Shown here piece after piece: positions 51,627 to 64,000 of a stretch of DNA of 64,000 bases. The stretch is from Macrostomum lignano (lineage: Eukaryota). The notes below the pieces were generated by a model. The model had not been told where the DNA came from. It searched no databases and saw nothing but the letters and a program-made list of their open reading frames with translations. The translations under genes and the position numbers were made by a program. Location of the stretch: contig NIVC01000189.1 in NCBI GenBank assembly GCA_002269645.1, forward strand, positions 75,875 through 139,874, written 5' to 3'. Each line of letters begins with the position of its first letter. Position 1 is the first letter of the stretch.

Positions 51627-52370
51627 TTTAAAATGCATATTAGGCTTATGCACATTGGCATTTTTAATGCATGCCAAAAATTAAAATTTCTAATATAGGC
51701 CTATACTATATCTTCTGAAGATAGATTCCTTTTTAATGCTTTTGTCTAATTTTATATATTAAAAAGTGTCTAGGCCTCGGCCCTAAAGGTGCTAGTCATT
51801 TTAGTGCAAATAGCCATTTTGGTAGCAAGATGCTTTTATGATAGACAAGGCCTACTTTATTCAGATTTGGTAAAAATGAAAGGTTCAGCAAGTATAGTCA
51901 TTTTAATGAAACACTTTATAATATCAGTTTATAGTTACTTTGTTAAGATTTGTTTTATCATTCGTATGCATTTAAAAAATTAAAAAAAAATTGATTGAAA
52001 GATTAATATATTTAGAAAAGAAATTCAAAATAATTATAGTATATCGTTTTTGTGCAGACTATTTTGAAGTTTCTTAGAATATTCAAATAATCAAACACAT
52101 TAAACCATAAGCATAGAGAATCTTTATCATAGAATGCTGATTGCAAGAAAAGCATAGATAGGCTAAATATTCATTAGATTTAAAAAATGTATAAATTTAA
52201 AAGAAAGCAAGCTCACTCTTGTATTTGTAAATATATAATATTGAATAAAACAACATTTTATTGTTTTAGTAAACATTTGATAAATTTTTTTTGCTTATGA
52301 CCATGATGTAATAAGTCCAGTATATTTTATATCACTTAGTACAGTTGGAGACTATTAGTATTAAGCAGCA

Positions 52371-52652
52371 CATACATGCGCAACTGCTGGCCAACCTGGC
52401 TGATCTGGCCACCATAAATTGTGGTGGACCAGGGATAAGTCACAAAAATGCCCATCCCAAAGAATACAGATATAGAATAGTACTAATTAGATGATGAGGC
52501 ATTTAGCCCTTATAAAACAGTTATAGTTACTCCTGCCGTTTACCCAAAATGCGTTAATTTTGCTTTAGGGTTTTTTTCACAGGTAAGTCACATTTTTGGT
52601 CAAAAAGTAAGTCGTATGGCCAGTGTAAATCAGGGGGGGTTGCGCATGTATG
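52371..52652. mobile_element. hAT-type MITE, copy 2
   Basis: Perfect TIR CATACATGCGCAAC / GTTGCGCATGTATG; body homologous to 45112-45409; degraded TSD (AAGCAGCA / tTAGCAGCA). Confidence 0.85.
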
Positions 52653-54422
52653 TTAGCAGCATTATTAGTTGAGTAGCTATACACCTGTCAGACCTAGACA
52701 TTTAACTAGGCTAAAAATCCTTCTGTCTTTTACCAGATTATTACTGACATTCTGGTTAGATATTTATCACATATAGTGGTTTTCAATATACAGCTAGGGT
52801 CTACATCCAAGGTTGCTATATATTCATAGAAAATACTATAAGTTTCATGCTTAAATATGAGTCTTATTTCTTGAAAATGGAATCTACTTAAACAAAATAT
52901 TAAAACATATTATTAAAAAACCCTAGAATAAATTGACTGCACAACTATAATAGCATAAAAAATAGCATTTCATTCTACTAAAGTTAAAAGAAACACAATC
53001 ACTTCAAATTTATAATTGTCAAACCATTACAATAATATCTAGGCCTATCACCAATAGGATCTTTTTCTTGTCACCAAAACAAGGGACTTATCACTGAAAT
53101 TACTATGATTTAACCCTAGTGCCTATATTTTAAATTGAATTAAATATGATATTCAACCTATTAATAGGCTTAGGCTATATAGACAAATAAAAAGTTTTTA
53201 TTCCAGCTATAAAATGATTTTTAATGAGACCATGCAGATAAATTGCATATGGTCATAGTCAAAAGGTGGCTAAAAATTATTCTAGATAGTATCATGTACA
53301 TCAGAGTAAATTCTTTTTTTATACTATGATTTTCTTTTGCCATTTACTGAAGATTTTTTTATAGCCTAAAAACAAAGTTGAAGACAAATTGTTTATCAAT
53401 TTCTGGTCAATTTTTTTCTTAGCCTCAGTTTTAATTCAAACTTTGAGTAGTCTTCTATGTTAATAATAAAATTAATAATTGTTATAATTGTTATAAAAAC
53501 CAAACCTAAATGAAATACAACAAATGAATAAAATGAATAAAATCCTATTCTTATCATTGAAGAAATAAATTTGTGTCATGCACATAACTGTTAACCATGT
53601 GCTATTTTAGTATAACTAGTCTAAAATAGAGTTTTTCAATCTATGTTATTATTCTTTATACAGAAAAATAGGGAAAGCTTCAGCTCTTATTGAAAAACAC
53701 ATATTAGAAAATCTTCTAAGTAAGATTATACAATAATTTTTTGACTGAAGGAATAAAGTAACTTTACCACTTTTAAAGAAAAATAATGAATAATAATTCA
53801 TTATTATAAAATAGGTATCAAATATAAGTAATATTTGACAAGTATAATATTACATTTTGCCATCTTTTATAGACAAAGCTTAGAAAGATACAAGTTCAAG
53901 CATAAGTTGTTATTATAAAATTTAGAGCCAATGGTATAAATTATTTTTGTTTTTAATATTATTCTAATATTCAAAATTATACCTGCCATATGAGGTAAGA
54001 GATTAAAAAAAAGTTGGCCAAATATGATTATAGTATGATAAATCATGGGTAAAATATATTACAAGTCATAAATCTAAAATATGGACTTTTGTAATTTTTT
54101 GCTACTTAGCCTATTTTCTAATGTAAAGTGTTTTTACACAAAATTAGCTACACTTAGCTAAGATTTTTTTTAAATGTAATTAAAAATAATAATGATTATT
54201 TTTTAACCTTTAAAATCTTATTGAAATCCATACATCAGAATGAAAAATAAACATATTATATACTGGATAAAATAGTTATTTATATTGTTATTATTGATAG
54301 GAGAGTAATTATTTGTTTTAAATTATGCATTTCATCAAATGTTACTGTTTTTTTTTATTGTTCACATTGGATACAAATTTCACATTTACAATATGTGCAA
54401 AGTTATCCTTTTATAAATTTTC

Positions 54423-57400
54423 ATGCCAAAAATATTGCTGCACATGGATAGCAACGACAATTCAACAGAATTAGTTGCGAATAATAACAGTGAGAGCATG
54501 AAGAAGTGCGATGCCACTGATATTGACACAACTATCAGTGCAATAATTGATGATGACGATAATAGCATCGGGAACAAGGACAACAGATCGGAATTAGTCA
54601 GTGAAAACGGTGGCAGCCAAGGTGGCTGTAATAGCTATAAAGCCAACAATGACAGGCACACTGCTGCTCCTAATGATGAAGGAGGAGATGAGGATTACGA
54701 TTCCGATGTGGCCAGAGATCTATTAGAAACATTCGGAGGCCCTGATGGCGACGAGAACGACATGATGGCGGCTGACTCTGGCGCCGCTTCCAGCTCTAAC
54801 CGTAGCGCTGGTAGGCGGCCATTGTCAGCTGACCAGTGCAGCATCTGCCGTCAGCAGCTCACTGAACCAGTGCTGCTGGCCTGTCTGCACAGATTCGATT
54901 TGGCCTGTCTGCGCAGCTCATCGGCCGGCTCAGGCGGCGATGACTTTCTGTTAATCTGTCCAACTTGTAGTACGCCTACAGTGCTTAATCCTCGTTCTGG
55001 CCTGGCCGGATTAACTAAGGATTATCTGTATCTGCACGAGCTTGAAGCGGCCAGGTATAATGACTTAAATGCCAACATTTCTACCCGCATCTTTTACACT
55101 GTTGACCTCTGACTCACATAAGCTGAATTTAGTTTGAAAATTCCCATTATATGTACGCGTTGTTGCCAATGAAGTTTCTTTAAAATTGTCCAAAATTGAA
55201 TTATCTACCCTAAAAAATCGCCCAAAAATCAACCAGAAATTGCCTTAAAAATTAGTCATAAACTTCCTTAAATATCGGCCATAAACTGCCTTGAATATTG
55301 GCCATAAACTGCCCTAAATATCGGCCATAAACTGCCCTAAATATCGGCCATAAACTGCCCTAAATATCGGCCATAAACTGCCCTAAATATCGGCCATAAA
55401 CTGCCCTAAATATCGGCCATAAACTGCCCTAAATATCGGCCATAAACTGCCTTAAATATCGGCCATAAACCGCCCTAAATATCGACCATAAATTGCCTTA
55501 AAAATCAAGCATAAACTGCCATAAACTGCTTTGAATATTGGCCTTAACTGCCTTAAATATTGGCCATAAACTGCCTTGAATATTGGCCATAAACTGCCTT
55601 AAATATTGGCCATAAACTGCCTTAAATATTGGCCATAAACTGCCTTAAATATTGGCCATAAACTGCCTTGAATATTGGCCATAAACTGCCTTAAATATTG
55701 GCCATAAACTGCCTTTAATATTGGCCATAAACTGCCTTAAATATTGGCCATAAACTGCCTTAAATATTGGCCATAAACTGCCTTAAATATCAGCCATAAA
55801 TTGCCTCAAATATCAGCCATAAACTGCCTTAAATATCAGCCATAAACCACCTTAAATATCGGCCATAAACCGCCTTAAAAATTGCTTTAAAATGCCAAAC
55901 TGCATTAAGCATCTTTCACAAACCGCCCTAAAATCCCCCATAAACTGTCCCGACAATTGCTCAAATTCATAGAACTATTGAATAATAAATGCCTGCTCAG
56001 ATCGGTGGAGTCAGCAGACCCGTCTACGGCAGCCGCGGCCGCTGCCGCCGCCTCCAGCAGTCAGAAGCGAGTGAAATGCGGCGGCTGCACCACCGGAGCC
56101 GAAGCCGTTGCCAAGTGCACCGAGTGCGCCGATTTCCTGTGCGGCTCCTGCCGCGCCGCCCACTCGGTGATGAAAATGTTTAGCAAGCATCACGTTGAAG
56201 AGATTACGCCGGAAGATTTAGAAACTGACACGCCGTTGCAGTTGCAGAAGCCAATCTTTTGCTTCGATCATCCGCAGGTAAAGTATTGCAATTTTACTAC
56301 TTAAAGTAGGCTTTATTATGAGTGTGCTTATTATTTCTATTTTATTCCTTTCATTTTTTCCAGGAGCAGCTGAAGTACTATTGTCAAGACTGCGGCACCC
56401 TGCACTGTCCCGAGTGCGTCGCCATGGATCACAAGCAGCACGTTGTTGACAAAGTTGCTGATGCATTTCCTCAAGTGAGATGAAACACAATGTACACTCG
56501 CGCCAACCCATAGTCCGCCCCAGCCCCCAATGTACACTCATGTAAACCAGAACACTGCCTGAATATACTCACGAAAACATAAACCCTGCCCGAAGGTACA
56601 CTCGCTCTAACCCACAGCCTGCCCCAATGTACACTCGCTCTAACCCACAGCCTGCCCCAATGTACACTCAGGCTAACCACAGCCTGCCCCAATGTACACT
56701 CAGGTTAACCCACAGCCTGTCCCAATGTATACTCACGCTAACCCATACTGTCTGCCCCATTGTTAAACTCACTAACTCAGAGACTGCCCCAATGTACACT
56801 CCCGCTATCCTAAACCCTGCCCCAATGTACACTCGCGCTATCCTAAACCATGCCCCAATGTACACTCCCGCTATCCTAAACCCTGCTCTAATGTACACTC
56901 GCACTCTATCCATCTCACTCTCCCATCAAGGTGGACGCGGACCTGTCAGTCGGCCTCACTCAACTAAGCAATTCTCGCGACCGTTGGGAAACCGAGCTGG
57001 CCTCTCTCCAAGAGAAGCTGGAAGAGATTCGGGACAGCCGCGAGCAGAACGCCGGCGCAATTGCCGAAGCCGTCGCCTCTTATCGGGCCTTTGTTGAAGA
57101 GATTGGCGAGACTGCCGCTAAAGAGAATCGCCGTCTGCATGATGATTTAGAAATGAAGGTAAGGCTTTTCTTATTTTAAATTCGGCAAAAAATATTGTCA
57201 TTAAAAACGCTAAATCGTCAGGAAAAATAGCCGATTTAATCCTCCTTTAGTCGTCTAGAAAATCTCTGAGTCAATGGGGAGTCTTCCTTAGTCATGAGGC
57301 AATCTCCTAAAGTTATGGGGAAATCTTTCTGACTCATGAAATTGTGAAATCTCCCTTAGTCATTGTGAAATCTCCCTAAGTCATTGTGAAATCTCCCTAA

Positions 57401-60400
57401 GTCAATGGGAAATCTCCCTAAGTCATTTGAAATCTTTCTTGAGTCATTGGAAGTCTTTCTGAGTCAATGGGAAATCTCCCTAAGTCAATAGGAAATCTCT
57501 CCAAGTCATTGGGAAATCTTTCTAAGTCATTGGGAAATTTCCCTAAGTCATTGTGAAATCTCCCTAAGTCATTGTGAAATCTCCCTAAGTCATTGAGAAA
57601 TCTTTCTAAGTCATTGTGAAATCTCCCTAAGTCATTGTGAAATCTCCCTAAGTCAATGTGAAATCTCCCTAAGTCATTGTGAAATCTCCCTGAGTCAATG
57701 TGAAATCTCCCTAAGTCAATAGGAAATCTCTCCAAGTCATTGGGAAATCTTTCTAAGTCATTGGGAAATCTCCCTAAGCCATTATGAAATCTCCGTTAGC
57801 CATTGAGAAATCTCCCTTGAAGCCATCAGGAAATTTCCTTAAATCATTCAAAATCTTTAAGTCATGAGGAAATTCCCCTAAGTCATGGGGAATTCTCCCC
57901 AAGTCTCTAAGTCCCTAAATATTCCCAAGCCAAGTTTATTAGAACACTGGAATTACTGGAACAATCGATTAATTCGCACTCTAAACACGCGCCGCCGCCA
58001 GGTGATGGAGCTGCTAGAGGCCACCAGCCGCGGGGTGGACCAAATGTCCGAAGCCGAGCAATTCGTCCGCCAATACCGCGAGCGCGCCGGTGCCGGCACC
58101 CTGGCCTACGCTAGGAAACTCCTAGTGGACTGGATGGCCACCCTGACTAGGAATCACTGGGACACCGGCCTGCTCACTAGCATCCCGTTTCAGGCTAATC
58201 ATCCCCGGGTTCGAGCCCTGCTCGAAGCCAATTTCGGCACATTCGGCAACAGTTCAGAATCTGGTTCGCTCGGTTCCGCCGCCGCAGCCGGCTCTGTGGA
58301 TCAGTTCGATCCTCAACTGATGCTGCAGCATCACGCTCAGCATCAGAACGCCGAACTGATGAAGCCGCACATGTTGGCTAGCAACGCACCGGCTACGGTT
58401 GTACCGCCGCAGGTGCTCTACGGATTGCCGCAATCGGCGGCTGCAGCTGTCGCCGCTGCCGATACCACCGCGGCGGTTGTTTCGTCGGCCTCGGTAGCTT
58501 CATCAATTGCCGGCGTTGTCGATGGAGTCGGCGGTGCCAACAGTCTGATCAGCAGCATGCTGGCCGCTAAACTCAGTCTGGATGTCGGCGGTGTCGGCGT
58601 CGGAAGCGGTGTCGGAGGTGGCGGTGGCGGCGCTGTCGGTCCCGTGTCGCCAATAATCGGTACAACGCCCAGAGCGATGACGCCGAACTCCATGGACTTC
58701 ATGGGCGGCGGCGGTGGCGGCGGCCGATCCATTGGCAGCGGCGGCAGTGGCGGCGGCGGAGGTGGCGGCGGTGGAATGCCATTCCCGAATCGGAACGGCC
58801 GCTGCGGGAACATGACTGTCCGGTTTCGCTGGGGCTCGCTAGGCTCGTCGCGCGGTCAGTTTAATTCGCCGCATGGTTTCTGCCTCGGCTCTGACGAGGA
58901 TATTGTTGTGGCTGACACTCAGAACCACCGGATTCAGGTGTTCGACAAGACCGGCGAGCACAAGTTCCAGTTCGGCGTGGCCGGCCGCGACGAGGGGCAG
59001 CTGTGGTATCCGAGAAAGGTGAGGGATTTGATCTGGGAGGCTGGTAGCTTTATTTTTAGGGATCTAGGAGGCTGGTAGCTTAATCTGGGAGGCTGGTAGC
59101 TTAATCTGGGAGGCTGGTAGCTTAATCTGAGGATATGGGAGGCTGGTAGCTTAATCTGGGAGGCTGGTAGCTTAATCTGGGAGGCTGGTAGCTTAATCTG
59201 GGAGGTTGGTAGCTTAATCTGGGAGGCTGGTAGCTTAATCTGGGAGGCTGGTAGCTTAATCTGGGAGGCTGGCAGCTTAATCTGGGAGGCTGGCAGCTTA
59301 ATCTGGGAGGCTGGTAGCTTAATCTGGGAGGCTGGTAGCTTAATCTGGGAGGCTGGTAGCTTAATATGGGAGGCTGGTAGCTTAATCTGGGAGGCTGGTA
59401 GCTTAATCTGGGAGGCTGGCAGCTTAATCTGGGAGGCTGGTAGCTTAATCTGGGAGGCTGGTAGCTTAATCTGGGAGGCTGGTAGCTTAATCTGGGAGGC
59501 TGGCAGCTTAATCTGGGGATCTGGGAGGCTGGTAGCTTTAATTTAGGGATCTGGGAGGCAGGTAGCTTAATCTGAGGATCTGGGAGGCTGGTAGCTTAAT
59601 CTGAGGATCTGGAAGGCTGCTAGCTTAATCTGAGGATCTGGGAGGCTGGTAGCTTAATCTGAGGATCTGGGAGGCCGGTAGCTTTAATTTAGGGATCTGG
59701 GAGGCTGGTAGCTTTAATTTGGAGACCTGGGAGGCCGGTAGCTTTAATTTGGGGACCTGGGAGGCCGGTAGCTTTAATTTGGGGACCTGGGAGGCTGGTA
59801 GCTTTAATTTGGGACCTGGGATGCCGGTAGTTTTCTAAGAATTGAGAGTTACAGTTACAGAAATTCGCATAAAGAACCCAAAAATCTGAATAAATACATC
59901 CATTCGACTGTACACTCGCTCCCGTTGCCAGGTAGTTGTCATGCGCCAAACCGGCAAGTACATAATCTGCGACCGAGGCAGCGAACGCAGTCGCATGCAA
60001 ATCTTCACTAAATCGGGCCACTTCCTGCGCAAAATCACCGTGCGCTACATAGACATAGTTGCCGGGCTGGCCATCAATAGCCAGAATCATATTGTGGCCG
60101 TGGACTCCGTGTCTCCAACCGTATTCGCCATCGCCGAGAATGGCGATCTAGTGAAGTGGTTCGACTGCTCTAGCTATATGCGCGAGCCGTCTGACATCGC
60201 TATCCAGGGTCGGGAGTATTTCATCTGCGATTTCAAGGGCCACTGCGTGTCAGTGTTTCAGGTAGGACTTCTATGCACTTTAATAAAGTCATTGTCACAG
60301 TTGACAGATGTGGACTAGGGGGGGGGGGGGGGAGGTCGCCACACACCCTCAATTTACTCATTTTACAGTTTCTAGATTTGTTCAAGGCCCTTTTTACAAA

Positions 60401-60957
60401 CAAAGACAACAAACGATTTGTACTCACAGGTGGTCACCCATCCAAGTACTAACCAAACCCATCATTGCTTAACTTCGGTGATCAGACGAAAACCGGTGTT
60501 TTCAACGTGGTATTACCGTTACCTGTAGTGCACTTAGCTTATCTCAAACAGTGTGTTCATCTACGTACCTAACCGCGACCAAATTTGCTTAACTTCTAGA
60601 TTTTATGACAATAGCACAATATCTGAGATTTAGTATAGTGCGACTAGCCGCCGCCCCCCTCCCAATCCACAGGAGGACGGCGTGTTCCTTCGCCGCATCG
60701 GCTCCGAATCTGTCACTAATTTTCCTAACGGCATCGACATTAGCGACCTTGGCGATGTTTTAGTTGGCGACTCGCATGGTAACAAATTCCACGTGGCCGT
60801 GTTTAATCGGCTCGGCCAGCTGACTTCCGAGTTCGAGTGTCCGGCCGTGAAAGTGTCCCGATGCTGCGGACTGAAAATCACTAGCGAAGGCTACGTTGTC
60901 ACCCTAGCTAAGAACAATCATCACGTGCTGGTGCTGGATACGCTCTACATTAATTAG
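54423..60957 (+). CDS. brat: Brain tumor (Brat)/NCL-1-type TRIM-NHL protein with RING, two B-boxes, coiled coil and NHL propeller
   Basis: Phase-compatible exons 54423(or 54444)-55054, 56001-56277, 56364-56474, 56931-57158, 58002-59018, 59932-60261, 60673-60957 (TAG), about 959 aa. The NHL domain [12 protein letters not shown]...[13 protein letters not shown]...[10 protein letters not shown]...[28 protein letters not shown] is recognisably Brat/NCL-1. B-box1 CGGC...[12 protein letters not shown]...H; B-box2 CFDH...YYCQDC...CPEC...DHKQH. Confidence 0.93.
55260..55880 (+). repeat. 23-bp minisatellite (AAATATYGGCCATAAACTGCCYT)n
   Basis: About 26 units in brat intron 1. Confidence 0.95.
56500..56900 (+). 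repeat. About 33-bp degenerate minisatellite (CCCCAATGTACACTC...)n
   Basis: About 11 units in brat intron 3. Confidence 0.85.
57300..57900 (+). repeat. 21-bp minisatellite (AAATCTCCCTAAGTCATTGTG)n
   Basis: About 27 units in brat intron 4. Confidence 0.9.
59030..59825 (+). repeat. 21-bp minisatellite (AATCTGGGAGGCTGGTAGCTT)n
   Basis: About 35 units in brat intron 5, sharing its core with the PHACTR-intron arrays. Confidence 0.95.
60404..60523 (-). rRNA. 5S rRNA-derived copy (probably a pseudogene or SINE3 head)
   Basis: Minus strand ACGGTAATACCACGTTGAAAACACCGGTTTTCGTCTGATCACCGAAGTTAAGCAATGATGGGTTTGGTTAGTACTTGGATGGGTGACC matches metazoan 5S (boxes A and C), with degenerate ends. A second fragment lies at about 60560-60597. 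Confidence 0.8.
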
Positions 60958-63900
60958 ACTGTTGGTTATTTAGTTTAGTTCGGCTTGTTTAGCAACAACA
61001 ACAGACTGTTCATTCCCTGTGTGTGTGCGCTTGTTTTTTTGTAGTTCTCCTGTCTCATTCTCGCTCGTATCTCTTCCCAGTTTGGCAACACAATCGGTCG
61101 CTTTTTTGTTTCTATATATTATATCACAGATGCTAGAATAACTAAATGAGCCACTCAGCAAATTTGCGTGTAAACTACTTTCAGTTCAGTAGTAAGCTAA
61201 ACAGAAGCATTTTAATGTATTTTTCAAGCCAATCCTCCTTTATTGGCCCGTACCCCCCCAGCCTAAACCCACCTCCCGCCCCGCCCCAATTTTTATTGCC
61301 TTTCTCGGAATTCCAGCCCAAGAAAAGCTGTTATATATGTACATTTCAGTGGACTGGCCAATGTACATTATTGCTGAACCAATTAGCAAGCAAGTTGTTT
61401 ACGCCTGCAAGCTTGGGCTTTTAAACTTATCAAAGTCATTTCAGCTGCCTTTATTTTTTTATAAAATAGCTTATGTATTCTTCTTTGCTACTGAACTGAA
61501 AGTAGAAAGGAATTTTACTAAGTATATGTGTCTGAGTGGCCCATCTAGTTATTTTAGAATCTGTGTATTATACCCAGTTGGTTTAATTTTAATTATAATA
61601 TATTATATGGCTATTTTTATTTATTGTTTTAGGCTATATCTCCTGTTTAACTCCTTTGCTTGCTATCTAATATTATTTTATTAGAGAAAAATATTACAAA
61701 ATGACAGCATCCTACCTACATTAGATAACAACTCTTATGAGTAAGCTAATTATGATTATTAATATTTTATTATTATTGTTATTTCATACAGTATGCTAAC
61801 AGCTTGGCTTTGACTTTGTTCACCTTTTTTCTCTCAGCATAGTAGGTAAAAAGCTTATTTTTTAAAATAAATAATAGTTTAGCCAACCTTGTGCAATCGA
61901 ATTATTAATAAATTTATGAATAATAATGCTACTATTACTACTATTATTGTGTTTTAATTAGCTAATCCCAGTGCCCTACATTTTTTAAGCACCTGTTTAC
62001 CTTTCTTATAGTCTGTTTTTCATTTACCAATATCGCTACTACTACTATTATTTATAAAAGAGTAAATCTTTTTTTTGTAATAATCTTTCAACCTCGCCAC
62101 CTTTTGGTAACCGTTTTACACCAGCATTAGGTTGTTGCTCTGTAGTGACTGACATCCTGTAATCTCCTTTATTCGATAATTGTATTTTCAAATTTTTAAT
62201 GTACCCCACCCCCGTTACCTTAATCTGAACACAATGGACTATTTTTTATTAAGTAATATTTTATTTCAACTTTATCCAGATTTAAATATACTGGCTGGTG
62301 CAATAGCAAGTAACTAATGCCCTCATTATTCAATTATTACTCCTATTAATAATTCATATTTATGATGTTTAGTGTCTGCAATGCAGATGTCTTGCCCGAG
62401 CCATCCCATCTCATCGGAGTGATATTAATACCTATATACGCTTTTTTAATAATTATTTTTTAATCTTTGATACATGCTTTTTTACTACTTACATTCTGGG
62501 GTTGGATAAGTAGTGCTGGATGAATCCTCTAATTCAAAATGAAACTTGGGGTCTCGCAAAAGTTTCTGGGCGACTGTTGGATAAGAAGATTTGAACTGGC
62601 TTCCAGGGCTAAAGAATGACATTGTGTCTGTTTTAATATTCCATTAATTCACTCAAAAGTCAAGTCACAATTTGGAAATTACTTGTGTAATTAAATTTTT
62701 TTAACTCTGCGTTTATTTATTTCAAAATTAAAACATTATTCTACTATACTATGTATGCTACTTCCTATATAGTGTTTTAAATAATAGACGAACATCGTGT
62801 ATTTTTTTTCTTTTTTTCATTTTTTTCACTCGGTTTATTTTTGAAAAGTGTTCTGTTTTTATCCAGCGTATTTTTGTTTATCAGCCTGGTTCTCCCGTTG
62901 CTCAAAGTTTATCAGCTCTTAGTTAGACTCAGCAGTAACCCCGGGTTCGCAAGTGCAGTTTATATAATTAGTAAAGTTGATTGACACTTTGCTGTGATGA
63001 TTTACTTACACCAAGCTTTTAAAACTATTATACTTGCTGAACTTTGTCAATTATTTATCATTTGCAATCAGCGGCCGCACTTTTTTGTTCCATTTTTTCT
63101 TAATTAAGAAAAGCAAAACAACTTTTTGGTCATTTATTATTATTATTAAGTTTTGAGATTATTAATTAAGCAAAGGACAAACAACCGAATAGCTTTAGTT
63201 TTATATCTATTATTTGTGTATTATTAGGAACCATTTGTGTTGGTGTTTTTTCGTTATGCAATTTATCTTACCTAGGTAATTAGTTCTACACAGCGTGAGC
63301 AGGGGCTGCTGTTGTCCGGTCTATTTCTTCGTTATAAGCAACATTTTTTTCCTTAAATTTTTAAAAACCTTTTTTCTCTCTGTTTCAATACAATTTTAAT
63401 ACTTTTTACCGCCAAAAAACATTGAGTTTAAATTAATTAATATTAGCAAGTCTCCAAGCAGTTATTATTTATTTATTATTTGCCACACTATTCTGTACCG
63501 ACAGTTTACATTTTTAATCATTTTGAAGTTTGATCATCAAAGTCTCAACTGTCTTCTGCCCCCCCCCCCTAAATTGAAGTTATTTTGTTATAATTCGCTG
63601 CAAATTTAAAATTGTTGCCATCTGATAAAAAGGTTTAACTATTCATGTATTGTATTTGCGTGCTTTTTGCGGTAATGATAGTTTTCTGCCCTCCCGGGTC
63701 CCCGTTTTGTAATTTTATAGCGAAAGATATTAGACAGCTTTAAATAGCCCAAAATGTGCTGGTTGGTTGTTCAACTATTTTGTCAGGTAGAATTTTAGCG
63801 TAGATTAAATATAGAACTCATTTATAGAGCAGGCTGTTCACTTTAACGTCACGAACATTATTTTTATACAAAATAATTTTAATAATAATAAATTAATAAA

Positions 63901-64000
63901 CACCTACAGACACGGTTGCTACATATTGCCGTTTTTTCGTTTTTCTGGAATTAAAAAAATCTCTACCAAAATGCGTTTCTAATTCCATTTTGTTTATTCA

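Overview
Eukaryotic (metazoan) genomic DNA. The intron-rich genes, minisatellite-filled introns and Ala/Gly-rich GC-rich exons resemble a Macrostomum-type flatworm, but that is inference only. Three conserved host genes were reconstructed by hand from GT-AG sites. (1) The 3' part of a ninein-like coiled-coil gene (+, 18 exons, 47-12403), built largely from 105-nt phase-0 exons. (2) A PHACTR/RPEL phosphatase-and-actin regulator (-, 8 exons, 25941-14555). (3) A brat/ncl-1-type TRIM-NHL gene that also carries an N-terminal RING (+, 7 exons, 54423-60957). The 27-54 kb interval is accessory. It holds a decayed mariner, a deleted Gypsy-like LTR retrotransposon, two tandem copies of a 3-exon gene with a permuted-papain (LRAT/PPPDE-like) H...NC signature, each next to an LTR-like promoter block, plus MITEs, SINEs and microsatellites. 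The most striking observation is in the LTR element: the reading frame entered by a canonical U-UUA-AAC -1 frameshift begins with a cold-shock domain (missed by the ORF track), followed by a coiled coil and the aspartic protease. No CRISPR array or functional tRNA gene was seen; one 5S-derived copy lies in a brat intron.
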